Counted from the stretch's first letter, positions 1-13,990 are shown. The stretch: 64,000 nt of DNA from Marsupella aquatica (GCA_973895155.1 OZ316895.1:24247538-24311537); one strand, 5' to 3'. Numbers and translations are program-made. Notes: generated by a model from the letters alone, not told the origin.

Positions 1-1173
1 CTACTCTAAAAGATGCTCGGAGATAGTATTTAATGCACTACTTGGCATGTGGCGTACATTATGTAGTCGTATTGGTCGGTAAGATTTATCAGTGCATTGC
101 ACAGAAAGATCTAGATTGCCGTGCCCCGGTGAAATGATTTGTCCTGCCCCAGTATTGATGGACAATGGATCAGATTGATAATCCTGGAATAGACTCCGGT
201 TGTTACAAAAATGATGATTCGCACCAGAGTCAACAATCCAAGTACCGGTATCCGCAAATGGAGTCTCCTCAGAATGTATGTGATGTAAAGATTGCACAAA
301 ATTAAAAATATCAAGTGGAGGAGAATCAGGGCAGAGGACGGTTGGAAGAGTAGCCTGAACATTATTTGTCCCCTTGAGGCATTGTTGAATGCGTTGCATT
401 GTAATTGTGTTGGGCTGCCATCCTGGTCGTCGAAGATGCTCGTACTTATAGTAACAGGTGTCCTCCTTGTGGCGAGGAAGTCGACAGTAAGGACAGAGTT
501 CCTTAGGCAGCATGGACGAAGTTGGACGTGAGGTGCTAGTATTGACGTTCAGCTGTAAAGCCGGCTGCAATGGTGCCTGATCAGGATCATTATGATATTC
601 ATCCCGTGCTTCTTGAAGAAGAAGATCAAGGGAAGGAGAATCCTTCGGGTTGCGTCGGATGTGCTCACGTACATTGGTTGTCCAATGATTGAAATGCTGA
701 TCCAATGGTTTGAACAGCAGTATCAATGACAATGCCTGCAGCCGCACATCGATCAAGAGCATCCCGGTATTGAGTAGTAAATGTTTCCATGTCCTCCCCC
801 CGATACTGCAATTTGACGTAAGCAACCCACGTATTGTGCTTCTGTATAAGCCCCTGAGGCTTGTAGATCTTCTTCAATTTATCCCAACATTCTTTTGCTG
901 TAGGCACCAACGCGAGGGTCGCCTGAATGTGTGTCTTGCAAGTAGAAAGGATGATCATCCGAGCATGAGCGGCTTGAGCATTGTAAGTCTCAAGACGAGC
1001 CTGAAACTGATAGTTCTTTTCGTCAATCTCTTGAACAGGTGACACCGCTGTTCCATCAATGAACTTCCAGCCGCCTGATGATGCCAAACTAGCTGAGACA
1101 AGTAGCTGCCATTGCTCGTAATTGGGACCGCCATCTAATTTTGGTAACAAGTGAGTGGAGTCACGAAATGTCA
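1..1173 (-). pseudogene. Copia gag-protease, frameshifted near 700-720
   Basis: Gag homology passes from ORF 665..1201 to ORF 1..825 in a different frame. Confidence 0.75.
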
Positions 1174-1278
1174 TGACTGTAATTGTGATAGAGCATAACA
1201 CGAAGTAGACAAAAGTGTGTGCGTTTGTTCACAGAAGACTATAACAGACTATCGATCGATTGATCGATTGATTTAATA

Positions 1279-1291
1279 CTGGCCCATAACT
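1279..1291 (-). promoter_or_regulatory. Primer-binding site of the half-tRNA-iMet type
   Basis: Minus strand reads CA|AGTTATGGGCCAG, close to the Drosophila copia PBS GGTTATGGGCCCAG, directly after the LTR end. Confidence 0.65.
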
Positions 1292-2111
1292 TGTGATCTG
1301 TAGCTTGGAGAACAAAACATAAGACACTTTGACACATTCGTAAATCATATGCAGTATCTATGGAAGAGTACAAACATTGAGCTCACATCCATTGATTGAT
1401 TCATTGTAAAAGACTGAATGCTCTATTCAGAGTCAGTCGCGCATACTCCTTAAGTGCAGGCACTCCTGCCCTTCAAACGAGTTTGAAAAGAGCCAGGCGC
1501 GCCATAGGAAGCTCGAACACGTGTTCGGCAACAGACTGCCTTACACCCGCGCCACTTTATGGTAAGGAGTAAAGAGGTAAGGAGTAAAGAGCTAAAACCA
1601 AGCCCTACGATAAGAACGAAAGTGAAAGTGGGAAGACGTCAAGACCAGAACACAGAAGGAAACACTTCACAAGCGAAACACTTCACAACCACTGCTTGTG
1701 ATAATGGTTACAATGATCCCATACTTAGCTTCCCGGGGTCTCTTGCAATGTCGAAGATTCCACCACTGCTTGTGATATGGTTTACAAGGATGGTCTTTAT
1801 ACTCTGTTTCGAGAGGTGTGATCCAGAAGAAGGAAAAAATGTGGAGTTGCCGTAGGCACTACGAGGACTCGTGAATCGTTCCTGTTGACATTCTTGAAAC
1901 ACAAAGTGCCTGAAATAGCCTTTGAATGTTAAATTTGGTGAGCTTTTGAATGCCAGGGCCGGGTTAGTTTTCCAACAATGGAAGCAGAGTCGTAGGGAAA
2001 GTAATGTCAGAAGAAAGTGACTGCTAAACATTGTAGTGAGAGATGGCAGCGAAGCCCTCATACTCGGGAACTTTTCGAGCCCAACTGGAGCTGTGAAAAA
2101 GGGAGAATCAG

Positions 2112-2335
2112 CAGATACATCTATACAACTTATCGGCCTTTTCAAAACTTTGGTGCACAATTCAGTATGATCTTGCCACCTGGATGAAGGTTGTTTCGGC
2201 TGCAGGGTTCAGTTCTGGCCAGAAGATACATCTATACAACTCATCTGATCGGCCTTTCAAGACTTTCTGGACAATTCATTATGATCTTGCCACCTGGGCG
2301 AGCTGTTTCGGCTCCAGGTTTCAGTTGTGGGCCAT
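2112..2335. repeat. Imperfect tandem duplication, ~110 bp x2
   Basis: AGATACATCTATACAACT...TATGATCTTGCCACCTGG...GTTTCGGCT occurs at ~2113 and ~2224. Confidence 0.7.
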
Positions 2336-2796
2336 CCTACGACGAACTAGCTACTGAGCGTTCAAAAAATTGCCCCTCGGAACGGACGAAGCTCTCTAAG
2401 CTTCAGTTGCCTCTATCCCACTCAAAATAGAAAGACCTCTACATCTGCCTGTCCTACAGTAGCTCGTCATGTTCACTTCAGAGCCGGTGCATGCAGAATT
2501 TCAATGGCCTAGAAATTGGTGATTTCATTGGACAACTCATAAAATGTTGGCTCCAACGATCCACTCATTAGCAGGCTTCAACAGGTTGGACACTATTTTG
2601 ATGAGAGATACCCTGCAGAGCCTGCGACGCATGAAGGTCGATAAACAATAAATCAGTATGGGCTCACGAAATGACAATTACCTGTGATGATGCATTGAAG
2701 AACTAACAGACCTGCGCTAAAGAACAAAAGACACTCGAGGCGAGTGACATATCTGAGCGCATCTTAAATCTCAGTAGAAAAGGGTATTCTCATGCC

Positions 2797-5700
2797 CTAA
2801 GCCAAATTGGAAAGCCGCCTGAACAATACCATCGATGCCGCCAGCCTGCGAGCAACTTTTTTGTCCTCGTTTTGCGAATTGCCCATCACCAATTCATTGA
2901 TCCACACTTCCGCTTGCACATACTTTTCCAAGTGGGTCACATGGATCTTCAACGACCACCCCTTTTCCACACACATGGTTTCGAGTTGCTTGATAGGGTG
3001 CAAGGTGACGGTGAGTGGAGTAGCTAAAGGCTCCAGCAAGGGCCTAAGTACCTGCATTTCCCGTTATACTCAGTTGTTGAAGGTAATGACAACTAAATAG
3101 ACTCCTGAAAGATTGCCATTAACTAAGAATTTCTAACTCGTACGGCTTAGCTATAATACTGTCTTCCCCATCAATCTCGTCAATGGTACTTACCACCGGG
3201 ACCATAAGATCTATAAAGAAGGCATGATCGTAGGTCATCCATACAAATTATGTCTATGAGGCCTTACTCTGGGCGGACTGGATGCGAATGTTAGAACTCA
3301 TTGACCATTTTTATCTCTGGAAAAGGGCTCGCAATGGTTTAAACAGGTTTCTATTTTTCTGAATGAATAGCCCATTCGTTCACAACGAAGCCGAGATCAA
3401 GTGGGTACACCAGCGGTTCTTTTCAAGGGGAGAGAAAAGAAGTCGTGTAGTAAGGTCTGCAAACTCGAACCGATCATGATAGAAAATCCTTGATCTCGGT
3501 TTCATAGTGAGCAAATGTATACTAACCTAGAGAAATCGAACCCCTTTTTAGCCCTTCAATAGTACACTCACAATAGCATCCGACACAGCATCGAGATAAG
3601 CTCATAGACGGTTGACGGCAATGCTAGATAAACCTCAGAATAACGCAACTCAAAAAGTCCAACCGATCACACACCCGCCAAACCAATTCGATGTCGAGAT
3701 TGGAGTCTATGTATATTGCAGATGCTAATGTTTGCAGTAAGTCTCCGAGACCCTGCACGATGAGAAATCCAGATCCGTCAAAGACACAACATTGCCCGAG
3801 AAGTTTACCAGGAAAAAACGAACCGAACGACCATCAATCATGGTATAAGCCTGTGGTATGAATCGTAGTTCCAACATTGCTCTTTCTACGATACTGTACA
3901 ATCCCAACGAAATCTACTGGTATGAGGTTCAATGTAATGTACCCTGGGAGCGCATAGAGTCGATAAGCCGAATGCCTTCCCTCCCTCTTTCCAGAAAGAT
4001 CTAATGTATTCCGCGATAGGTTGGTCCAGTGACGGTGAAACTTTCCGTAGATGCTTATGGAGACCATGTAGGACAGCAACTCCAGCTAAATTCTCGCTAT
4101 TTCGTATAGCTTGTTTGAGTTCGCTGAGCTTCCCTTCATCTTGATCTGGATATGATCTTATCAAGTGACGAGTTATCACAAAGTCGACAATACCGTCGCC
4201 TAAGAACACCAATCGCTTGAACAGTGAATTCTCAGGGCAATCCTGGAATTCGCACTTCAAAGCGCCGGCAAGAAAATTCTTGTTTCTAAAACTGTAACCA
4301 AGCTTGCATTCAAGCTCGTCCACGTTAATCAATTCACATAATTCTATAGAACTCGTTGTCCGGAACAGTGATGCTGTCACTGTTTCCGGTAATGAAGTTG
4401 GAAATTTGATAGGAATACGTAGCCAAGCCATAGCTCGTAAGGCCTTGTCAAGGCCGCCTTCCATGAGGTAGGCCCCCAGAAGGGCCTCCACGATATCAGC
4501 TAGCGTCTTGCAGGGAACGAGCTGAAATTTTCGCCTCTGTTCCTTCTCCGGGCAACATAAATCTTCAGCCTCGACTCTTACCAGACCCGGGGGGACCCAG
4601 AAACCGGGACCGAAAGGCTCCACCAACGCGTACCTTGCGAGGTTGCGAGGACGAGCAAGATAATATAGCGTCTTATTCCTAACTCGCTCATAGAGGGTTG
4701 CACTGAGCTGCGCGTCGGTTTTGAATGATTCTTTCAGAAAGAGGTAGGTGCAGCCAGTGAGCTTCAGTATACTATCGCCGAGAAGCTCCAAAGTCTCATA
4801 TGATATGTCTGCCTGACAAGCTCTGGAAGTAAGAGCTTCGAGCACCTGCAGGACCAAGAGACATGGAGACCTTTGAAATAATCTTATAGATGAACTCTAA
4901 TGTAGAAAAGAAGAACGAGTTCTCGGCCTAAGGCAAAATTTACTGCCAGCTATCTTAGAAAAACTTTTGTAAGTTAATAGACGAGGCAAAAACATCGGGC
5001 GGACGCAATCACTTCTCAAGTTGTGGGAATTTAACGGCTAAGAGACATCTACGAGAAGTTAATGAGGAGCTGAATTTTCCATTGATGTCCCCAACCGAAA
5101 CTGGACCTGTCTGAACCTGAGCAATTCACGTAAGCTTCTTCAGGATTGAAAACAGCATCGAAGTACAGGTCATCTCTAGCATGGAAGCGGAATCAGTCCG
5201 AGAAATAGCGAGAACTTCGCTGAAAACACTAAATGAAAGGACCAGGCACGCCGCAGACGTATTCAACGTGTACGTTACACAGGAAAATTAAGCATAGAGA
5301 TCGCCGGAATGCATGCCAACAAGATCGAAGGAACATAAGGAACGTATCAGGTAGACCATTGATCATGAGGGAGCAACTGTAAAGGCAAATAGCTTATATC
5401 CTATGATAACAGTAATATACCTTGAAGCAAGATATGGGCAGTCTAATATTGTCACGGAGCTCAGCTGCCAACAACGCTGTCTCCAGGCTGAACAGAACAG
5501 ATGGAAGGCGCATGGCACCCCTCAATAGCTTCCCCTTGACACCCACATGGACTGAACAAATCTCTGGCGGTAGTTCCAACGTTTCATTCGCCCTTGGCGC
5601 CACCTTCCCTTGGGACATTGGAAAGAGTCTCGAATGTCAACACGGCCCCCTTGCGGAAATAAAAGCGGAAACGGAGAGTACATGAGAGATACACGTCTGA

Positions 5701-7313
5701 GAAATACGGAGTTTCCAGTAATTACTAGACAAATCCCCACGCGCTGTCGAAACTTCCAGCTTCCCATCACATGGAGTAGACTAAACTGTTGGAATGAAAG
5801 AGAATACCCCTGGCAGTATCGGCTTCCTGGCGTTTTAAATAATTGGCAGCGCGTGAAAGCCGACGACCTTTAAGAAATGATTGACTCTCGCACTGAAGAC
5901 GATACCCGCATCTCCAGAAACAAAGAAACAAGCAGTGTTAACGACGTTAACGACGAAGTGATCTCCAACATAAAATGCACCTGATGTGACAGTGACGCCC
6001 AGTGATAGAACCAACTGGACTCATCGAAGGCCCCTCCCGTATCCATTAAAGCTAATGACTCTCAAATTCTTAAGAGAAACCCCAGAAAGAACAGCCTAAG
6101 AACACAAAACAGGCAGGATGAAACATGATGATGATGAGCCTAAGAAACATGATGGTGATGAAAGAATGTGACTTACTTCGAAGAGTAGTAATCCGCATAG
6201 GTTAGGCTCCCAGTGCTCTCTGCACAAGGAAAGTCACTTGAGCCATTGATATGCTTGGATATCGCTATCAGATAGCAAGGCATGCCGTTGTGAGCACATG
6301 TGATCATGGCATCATCTAAATCCTCTTCTGTAAATTTCCCATTCCTCATTCTGATTTCGCCCTGCTTCAGAGCTGCACGGTCGCAGTCGATGTCTCCGGC
6401 TTCTAGCTTGGCGAAGCCTCCAAAAAAATGGACTTTCTTTCTGTAAATCAAACCTGATGTCAAAGAAGACATTATAGTTTCCCAATCGAATTCGGCCGGT
6501 CTAATGCTGCTGTTGGGTTGCAGAGGAAGTACGTAATAGCCTTTCGGACTGTCCACGAAATTGGACTTCGGCACGGCTCCAGTTGCAATTGGCGGCTTCC
6601 CCAAAACGACATCGAACAGCCATGTATTAAATCGTTTCACAAGATCAACCTGCCAATTTATTCCACGTAGAAAAATGAATATCAATCTCACGAAGTAAGC
6701 AAAATTCGTCGAGGTCATCCTACGTGGACACTAGTGCAGCACCTATTGAGAAATAACGATCGAGCAGAATTCCTTTCCAAATCGTAAAGCAATTTATACG
6801 TCTCATCTGATTCGACGGAATGAATGGTAGTGGTGGATGCTCAGACGACCCGAGGTCCACATCACGAGACAGCAAGCTGACCTGCCCAGCATCCAGTGCT
6901 ACCTGTCCGCATTCGGTCACATTGGCTCTCACAGAAGCTTGCCATGGCAAGAACAGATTAACGGACATTTGAGCCACCTCTAAATCCAGAGCCCGTGGCG
7001 TAACGAGAGAAAAATCAGACGCCAGCTGCTGGACGGGATCCAGCCCTACTTCGACTACCTCAAAGCAAATTGAGTAAGTGTGATAAATGCTTTTTCCAGA
7101 CCAATCCACTTTCGGTTTCCGAGTCAAGACTGACGCCTGGGCGCGTTCATACTGTCCCACTGGTAGCGGCCAAGGCGAGTCCTTAGAAGTGACATCTGCC
7201 GTCGCAGAAGACAATATGCATCTCCCTGATTGGTCAAATGCGGGTTGAGTATATGCGACCGATGCATGCCAGTGCTCGTCATGATTCTTAGGGAGTGCCC
7301 AAGGTAGTTCCAT
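2797..7313 (-). CDS. DCL: Dicer-like protein (platform-PAZ-RNase IIIa-RNase IIIb-dsRBD), multi-exon; 5' end unresolved, no helicase seen
   Basis: Inferred exons ~7313-6882, 6648-6177, ~5911-5808, ~5608-5421, 4845-3943, 3752-3675, 3051-2797 with GT-AG borders. Motifs TYADYY, LELPPEIC, YETLELLGDSILK, KTLADIVEALLGAY, RLVFLGD, GLGDLLQTLASAIYIDS, PLLEPLATP..LHPIKQLETMC. Confidence 0.9.
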
Positions 7314-10300
7314 TGCATAAAACCAGTGAATCAGGAACAGTGAACGGTAGAATACTTCACATCATCCGCACAGGCATACGAACTGATCGCAACGGCGACG
7401 TTTCTACCGGTGACCAGGTTTGTCCAAATTCCGAGTCCTTCAAGTCTAAAGGCTGCAATTAAATGCAAGTAAGCAAATACATGAGATATCCTCATTTCTA
7501 TCAATGACGCATGGGATTGCTATTTCAAATTGCAAGTACCAGAAGTCGAAACGCTCCAAGCGCAAGCAAGAAAGTACATGACAACCTCTAGTCTTCTGCC
7601 AATACCCAGGACACAGAATCAAGTAGAAAACGAGAGGGATAATTAAGACTGAATTCTACTCATCGTCAAGTCGCGAACAATGTTACCATGATAGAATCAT
7701 GACAGAATCATGACACCGGTCCAACAATGGCTGATGCAGTTCGAGACGGACCGTCCGACATGGAGGACCGCGTGAATTGACGATAGTTGGAACATCCTGC
7801 GTTGAAGACGGCAGGACTTGACATCGTCCGAACGGGCCAGTTGACAAAATGGCCACCGGCCGAGAAGGACAAGTGGATTAGGTGTAAGCTGGTTGATTTT
7901 CCTCACGTGCCCTCGGCAACTCACTTCCTGCAACAAATCTAATCAGAATATAGGGAACCGAAGACCAAAATGAGCCCAACGTTTGTCGACATTTGGAAGA
8001 CCGGCAGAGCAGTCGGACTGCAGTCGAAACCGCGGATGCTACTGACGCACTGCAAGGGGTGGCAGATCATAGGCATGCTACTATCTCAACGGGATGCACA
8101 TCGACGCTGAAGACAGCAGAAAAAGGATTCCATCGACTGGCGGCAGTGAAACTATTTCATGTTGACGATGAATTGATCCAGTCTGTTCCATACACCTCCG
8201 GAAAGAAGAGGATGAGAGATTGAGAGGGCGACAGGAAGGACAGCGACGTAATAAGGGAAGATTGACGAAAGGGGTATGTACGTTCGCAGGAGCCGGCAAG
8301 CATGGTGGGCCTGCAGGATATTCTTACTGCTATTAATGAGAATGGGGCGTCCAAAAACGTACGACGCTCTTCCTCCGAGTTAAGAGTGATGAACTGGTCA
8401 TTATCATCAATGAGCTGAGCAAGAATTTATACCTGAAATCAAGAATTGCCACGGCTTCGTAAAAACTGCAGGAGCGACTCCCCCTCCCATTGCAGGGCTG
8501 CACAGGGACTGTACAGCTATACACGGCACATATTAGGCGCAGAATCCGTGAACAGCTGATCAATTTTCTGTGCATAAACCAGCTTCGTGCAATTTAATTC
8601 ACGGACCGAGGGACAAGTACAATTGGCGGGATTCTTGCCTGATTTAGATTTCTTCCACGGGAAAATATTTGATAATGTCTTTACTTCTGTCACGAGCGTT
8701 TACCTCTGAAGCAAGGACGCGATCAAAATTTACGGTCAAGATGTCGTTCTCCTAAGTTATTGTAGCGTCTGCGGAATGACCACGCATGAAGAAAGAGAAA
8801 AGCAATTGCTCGACGGGAGGACAATTCGTAGGTAATGCACACATGTGGCCACTTAATATGAGTAAGAAGGCAGCACGCGACTATTAAGTATGCGAGAAGT
8901 TTCCTCTTTCCAAATGAGGAATGCAAGGCTGAGTGATCATCACAACGATGTGGAATGCTAGCAAAAAGTGACTCACCTGGAAGGCGTTTGCGAAGGCAAT
9001 CAAACTAGAAGCAAATGACAGGGCAAATCAAGAAACCGCTATTCAAGAAAGCAGAGCGAATCAAGAATCCAGCACATCGTGTTCACCTTTCGATTTCACC
9101 TTGACGACAACAAACGCAGCATCCGACACTCTGTTACTGATGTGACTTGACAACGAGCCATTTTTCTCATGCGGACGGAAATTGATCGCTTCCATACGGA
9201 AACGGTGAGAGTGCATCTCGACTAACGAAGTGAAAGTGAAAATTGCAGCAGACAGTGTAGGAGAGGTCCGTAATGTACTAATGGGAAGGCTAACCGCTAA
9301 CTTGAACTTCGATTGGTATGAAGTAGTTATACCGGAGACTGTGAAGGGGGATCGATCCACTCCACCTCTTCAACTGACAGAGTCAGACTAGGCATCTTTC
9401 TGTCTTGGAGGAATCCTCCGGAAGGCCAGGAGTCGTCACAGAAGCCTTCCTGGCTCCTGTGCTTCACATTGATATCAGACTTCCGCGGCGACCACATCAT
9501 TTCAACGACAAGAAAACGAAATTCGATTAGATCGTGCTTCTAATCGATCCTCTGGAATTCACGAAATAAATGTTGTCGCGGAAAGAGCTCCAGCGCATCT
9601 GGAATTCGGGAGGACTACGGTATTTGGGCCCTGATACTGAATGCAATCTCTCAGCTGGGACGTCGTTAACAGTGAATTCCATTATCCATGCCAACAGCGG
9701 CATGACTGTATCTGTATGAGCAAATTGTAACGCAGCAGCGACTTAAATGAACGAGACGGCCCCGTCTCTTAACGTACCGGAGGATCCAGGTAGAAATGAC
9801 GATCTCCATCATGTGGCCCACGCTTGACATATGATTGATGATTGACTGACTGAACGAACATTTATTCAGTGATTATGGTATGGCCGCTGTGTGAGTCTTG
9901 TTGTTACAAATACTTATACGTCCAAAGACAAGCTGAGCGTACAAAATCGTTCTATCTGTTACGGTACTGTTCGAAAGCTTTACTTCTGTCAGTGACGACG
10001 CGATAACTGATTCCATATTATCGAGATGGACTCCATCTCTTACACTACGCTACTCTCGTAGTCTCGTACAAGCGCTGTATCGTCACGTCATACCGGTCTT
10101 CAGTACGACTGCAATCAATGGACCCATCGAAGGTCCCAAGCAAGAGATTGAGGGAATGATGAATCCATCAATTCCTTCGAGCCAGCGTCGCCAAGACGCC
10201 AATTCACAAAGCACAGCGACAGTACAAAGGGCCGGCATTTAGTCTCTGGAGACTCTCTCCGGGGCTGTGGTAGTGGCGCATTCACTACGATTACACGCCC

Positions 10301-10379
10301 CGATTCCTTTGGTGGCCTGGCCGACTCGCTGTGACACTGTTCAACGCCCGATTCCTTGAATTCATTAGGGCGTCTCAAA

Positions 10380-10450
10380 GCTGGCCCGTAACCAAAAGTT
10401 ACGGGCCAGCCCAGCAGCCCGTAATGACACTTGCGGGCATCACTTATGGG
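10380..10450. repeat. GC-rich inverted repeats, probable transposon subterminal region
   Basis: Perfect 13-bp arms GCTGGCCCGTAAC-CAAAA-GTTACGGGCCAGC (10380-10410), then GCCCGTAA-N6-TTGCGGGC. Confidence 0.6.
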
Positions 10451-10885
10451 CCGAAAAATTAGCCGGTCCCATGGTTTGACCCACCCCTTAAGGAGCCTCT
10501 TACGATGCCTTACCCGCTCAAAGTAGGAGTTAAGTATCCCTTCCCTCTCGGGCAATACTTGGTAGTAAGGCGCTGAAATGTGCCACGACAGTCCTGAACC
10601 CAGTTGCTCCTCATAAGTGTCCCGTCGTTTCCGAGCGAAGCTATCGCCATAGTTCATGCTGTTCAAATTCTGAATGCGCTTCTGCCCCACCACATCAATT
10701 TTCCGGAGCATCGTTTAGCTTCAACGTCGGGCTCCATAGCGAAGGTCGATGTAGCTCTATCTCCAGAACATATATGTGAGACTCATCCAGACATCAGAGA
10801 AATTGCTATTTGATTGTACGTGCAGACCGCTAGAGAAGGTGTAGAGAAATCGACAGAAGCTGCTCCTCCCAAATCGTGTACAACC

Positions 10886-12322
10886 ATGGCACAATCAGGC
10901 AGCCAAGGTCATGTGAGAGCAAGGGGTTCATTCCAACCTCCACGGGCTAACTCCAGCAATGCCCCCTGTATAGGTGATAAATTCAGGCTGAAGGATCATG
11001 ACTATGAATGCATAGTTTCACTTGGAAATTCCAGAGAAGTTCCATGCAATTACAGGTGGAGGAAGGAAGACTCGAGTGGGGGGAAAGTATCAAAGCAAGG
11101 CAACACTCTTCAAATCCATGCTTGCTGCAATGCAACATCATTGCACCGAATTTGACAAAGAGATTCCAGAGGTATGTGAAGCGGTACTACAAAGAGGCAA
11201 GAGAGGTGAAAATGCAATCAGGTGGAGGGCTGAATGAAGACGAGTTGGAAGCAGGGATTACGTTGGAGACCAAACTGAACCGATTGTGTCCACACTTTGA
11301 AAGAATGCATGCAATCTTTGGGGAGCGACCGAATGTGGCACCAATTCTGACCTTGTCTTTCCTTACACCAATGCTGAATCAGATTCTGAGTCAGCATTTG
11401 GTAATGAGAATGATAATCTCAATATCTACCATGTGCCTTCCAACACAACCATCTTTCTTAAAGGTACTGATCATTTACCTTATTGATTGTTCTACTTCAA
11501 TAATTTCTTCAATTACTGAACCTACTGATCATTTACCTTATTGATTGTTCTACTTCAATAATTTCTTCAATTACTGAACCTCTGAATGTTCATTTGCTCA
11601 CATATGTCCTTTCTCATTGTTGCATACACCCCAATGCCAACACCTGGTCAATCAATCCATAATGCTCCTCAATCGAGGCCAACACCAGAGACTCTTGCCA
11701 ATGGAAACTATGGCAATTCATTCTGGAAGGAATTGGAGCAGATGGCAGAAATTGGTAAGCATGTACATAACTGCACATGTGCAGCATGTACAGAGTCTTG
11801 CCCAGTTCAAGTTGGTGAAAATCAACCAATGCAAGGGCCACCATATACTCCAACTGAGTTCAACACCCCAGCCTATCAGAGGCCATGCCTCCTCCAACAG
11901 GGAAGAAGCCTGCCAAAACACCATCGGCTGGACAAAAGGATTTGCACAACACTTCCAAGACAAATTTTGCTGCCATATATGCAGACAGGATTAACATGAA
12001 TTAATCCACTCAAGCAGATTACCGAAAGGAATTAATTCAAAGTCGAGATCGATGGAAGACCCAAGACCTAGCATATCGGAGGGAGGCGAGGATGGACGTT
12101 GCATTGCAGGCTGCAGCACAGAAGAAACTTGATCAAAAGCACCAGTTTGCTATTGAAGCAAAAGTTGCCAAAAATGCACGAAAGAGAGTTCGGTCAGAGC
12201 AAGAACATGCACAGGAAATGGCAAGGCAAGCACAAAGAGCTGCTCTTCTGACTACTCTACTCGGTAGTAACAAGGCTCCCGCCAAAATAAAGGAGTTACT
12301 GCCCCTGGTGAAAGAGGACTAG
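10886..12322 (+). pseudogene. Frameshifted Myb/SANT-like accessory gene resembling those of PIF/Harbinger elements
   Basis: LETKLNRLCPHFERMHAIFGERPNVAP motif, low-complexity middle and coiled-coil C-terminus spread over several frames. Confidence 0.45.
11465..11580. repeat. Perfect 58-bp tandem duplication (probably intronic)
   Basis: TACTGATCATTTACCTTATTG...TTACTGAACC at 11465 and 11523. Confidence 0.9.
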
Positions 12323-13990
12323 TTTTGGTTCCAAGCAGTTTAGACTTGCATTCATGTTGCATATGTAGTAGGTGCCAAACTGTACAAATATGAGTGTAAA
12401 AGTCTGAAATCCATATTATTAATAAAGGTGGTACATGTTGGTATACAATCCTAGTCGAATGTCTAGCTCAGTTTTCACTGTCATATGCCTTGTAAACTGT
12501 GGAATCGCACCATTGCGACATCGTGACATCTTGGAAACTCAACATTGCGACATCGCAACATGATTGATCCGCGATAGTTGTATTAACAAAAAGTGAATTG
12601 AGGCACCTCTCCTCAAATGGCAACTATGCGGATCACTTATTCTTTCGCACTATGGGATTAGGCTCAGGTGGTGGTTCTCTCGTAATGGAATTACAAGAGT
12701 CTACACAGCTTTCAAAATTACTTCCCTCACATCAGTATGTGTGTTGAAAAAGGGAGAGACTTCAACTGAACTGCATAACTAATTAGCGGCAAATGTCAAT
12801 GTACAAACAGGTATAGAACCCGAGTGGCCTCCATAGCAGCTCCTATGACATCCCAGTTTGTAAAACTAGTATAGTAAACTTTTGGAAATCTCTTCAAGTA
12901 TGCATCTGTATCAACTAAGTCCAGCTCCATGCCATGAAACATTGCCATAGTTCTAGTGAAAAAATCCATGTAACTTCTTATGATCTGTTTGTTGTGGAGA
13001 TGTCATCCCACTTCTGCTGACACACATGGCAAGGTGTGAAGGGCACAATGGTGTTCATAGGGTCCCTCGGGAGATGGCCAACCGGATTTTTTCTATTCGT
13101 CTGATTCAAGAAGTTCATCATGAACCTCAAAGAATACACAGGCAAGTTCCCAAAGAAAGAGCAAAGGAGCTCACTGTCCTCCACTTGTAGGTCCCCATAC
13201 AAGACCATCACTGCTAGTGTGGGTCAGAATTGTTCACCCTCTTGCCAGAACTCATCAAATTGAGCTAACTCAATCTGAAAAGGTGCCAGTACTAGAAGGT
13301 TGAATGTGAATTGACATTCACCTTTCTTCAACTTGTAAAACCTCCAGAACTCATTGATTGGGCCATTCATACTAGACACTAGCACACATAAATTTGCAAA
13401 TCTCTTCAATTGTTGTACTGGAGTCACCGATTCCACTCGAATGGTTGGTGTGAAGGACGTTTGTGTAGCTTCATCCACGTACCATTTCCCTAAACTACTT
13501 CCTCTACAATGGGGACTTAGCTGGAATTGAATTGAAATCAAATTTTAACAGAGCCCCGGAATTGGGTTCTTGCCCAATGGGAACCTCTGTAACAGGGAGC
13601 TACACAATTGGCTCCAAGGCAAGCTCCAACACATCCGTGTTTGTTGCAACAGGCAATGTGGGGGTGGAAAGCATGATTGAAGGGTACATAAAAAAGGGGT
13701 ACGTACATAAAAAGGATCTCCAAAGTCTCCACCAAAAGGAGTGAATCCTCATGAATTTTGCAATAAATTGGGGGGTGTTAAACTCAAGGGCCAAGATGTA
13801 GAAGGACCAAATCAAAGGCTGGATTCGAATATCAATCAAAAATGCACTAAGTATTCATTTGGATCGGTTGAAGTACAGTCTAGATGCGTAATTCCTATCT
13901 TGGACTTTAGCAAGGATGACGTATAAATGTTCTCCTTGGATCCCGTGACATTGAATAGAGCAAGCGGCGGCTCGTAGTGTGTTTGAATAC

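Larger units (their letters stand above)
1..1687 (-). mobile_element. Ty1/Copia LTR retrotransposon, 5' part (5' LTR, PBS, gag, protease); continues beyond the left window edge
   Basis: Gag start LPKLDGGPNYEQW, zinc knuckle CPYCRLPRHKEDTC, protease WIVDSGANHHFCN. Putative LTR 1292-1687 (TGTGA...TCACA; could end at 1671) abuts a PBS-like AGTTATGGGCCAG on the minus strand. Confidence 0.85.

Noticed and set aside
10283-10300. CACTAC as a CACTA terminus
   Set aside because: No matching inverted end with a 3-bp TSD found.
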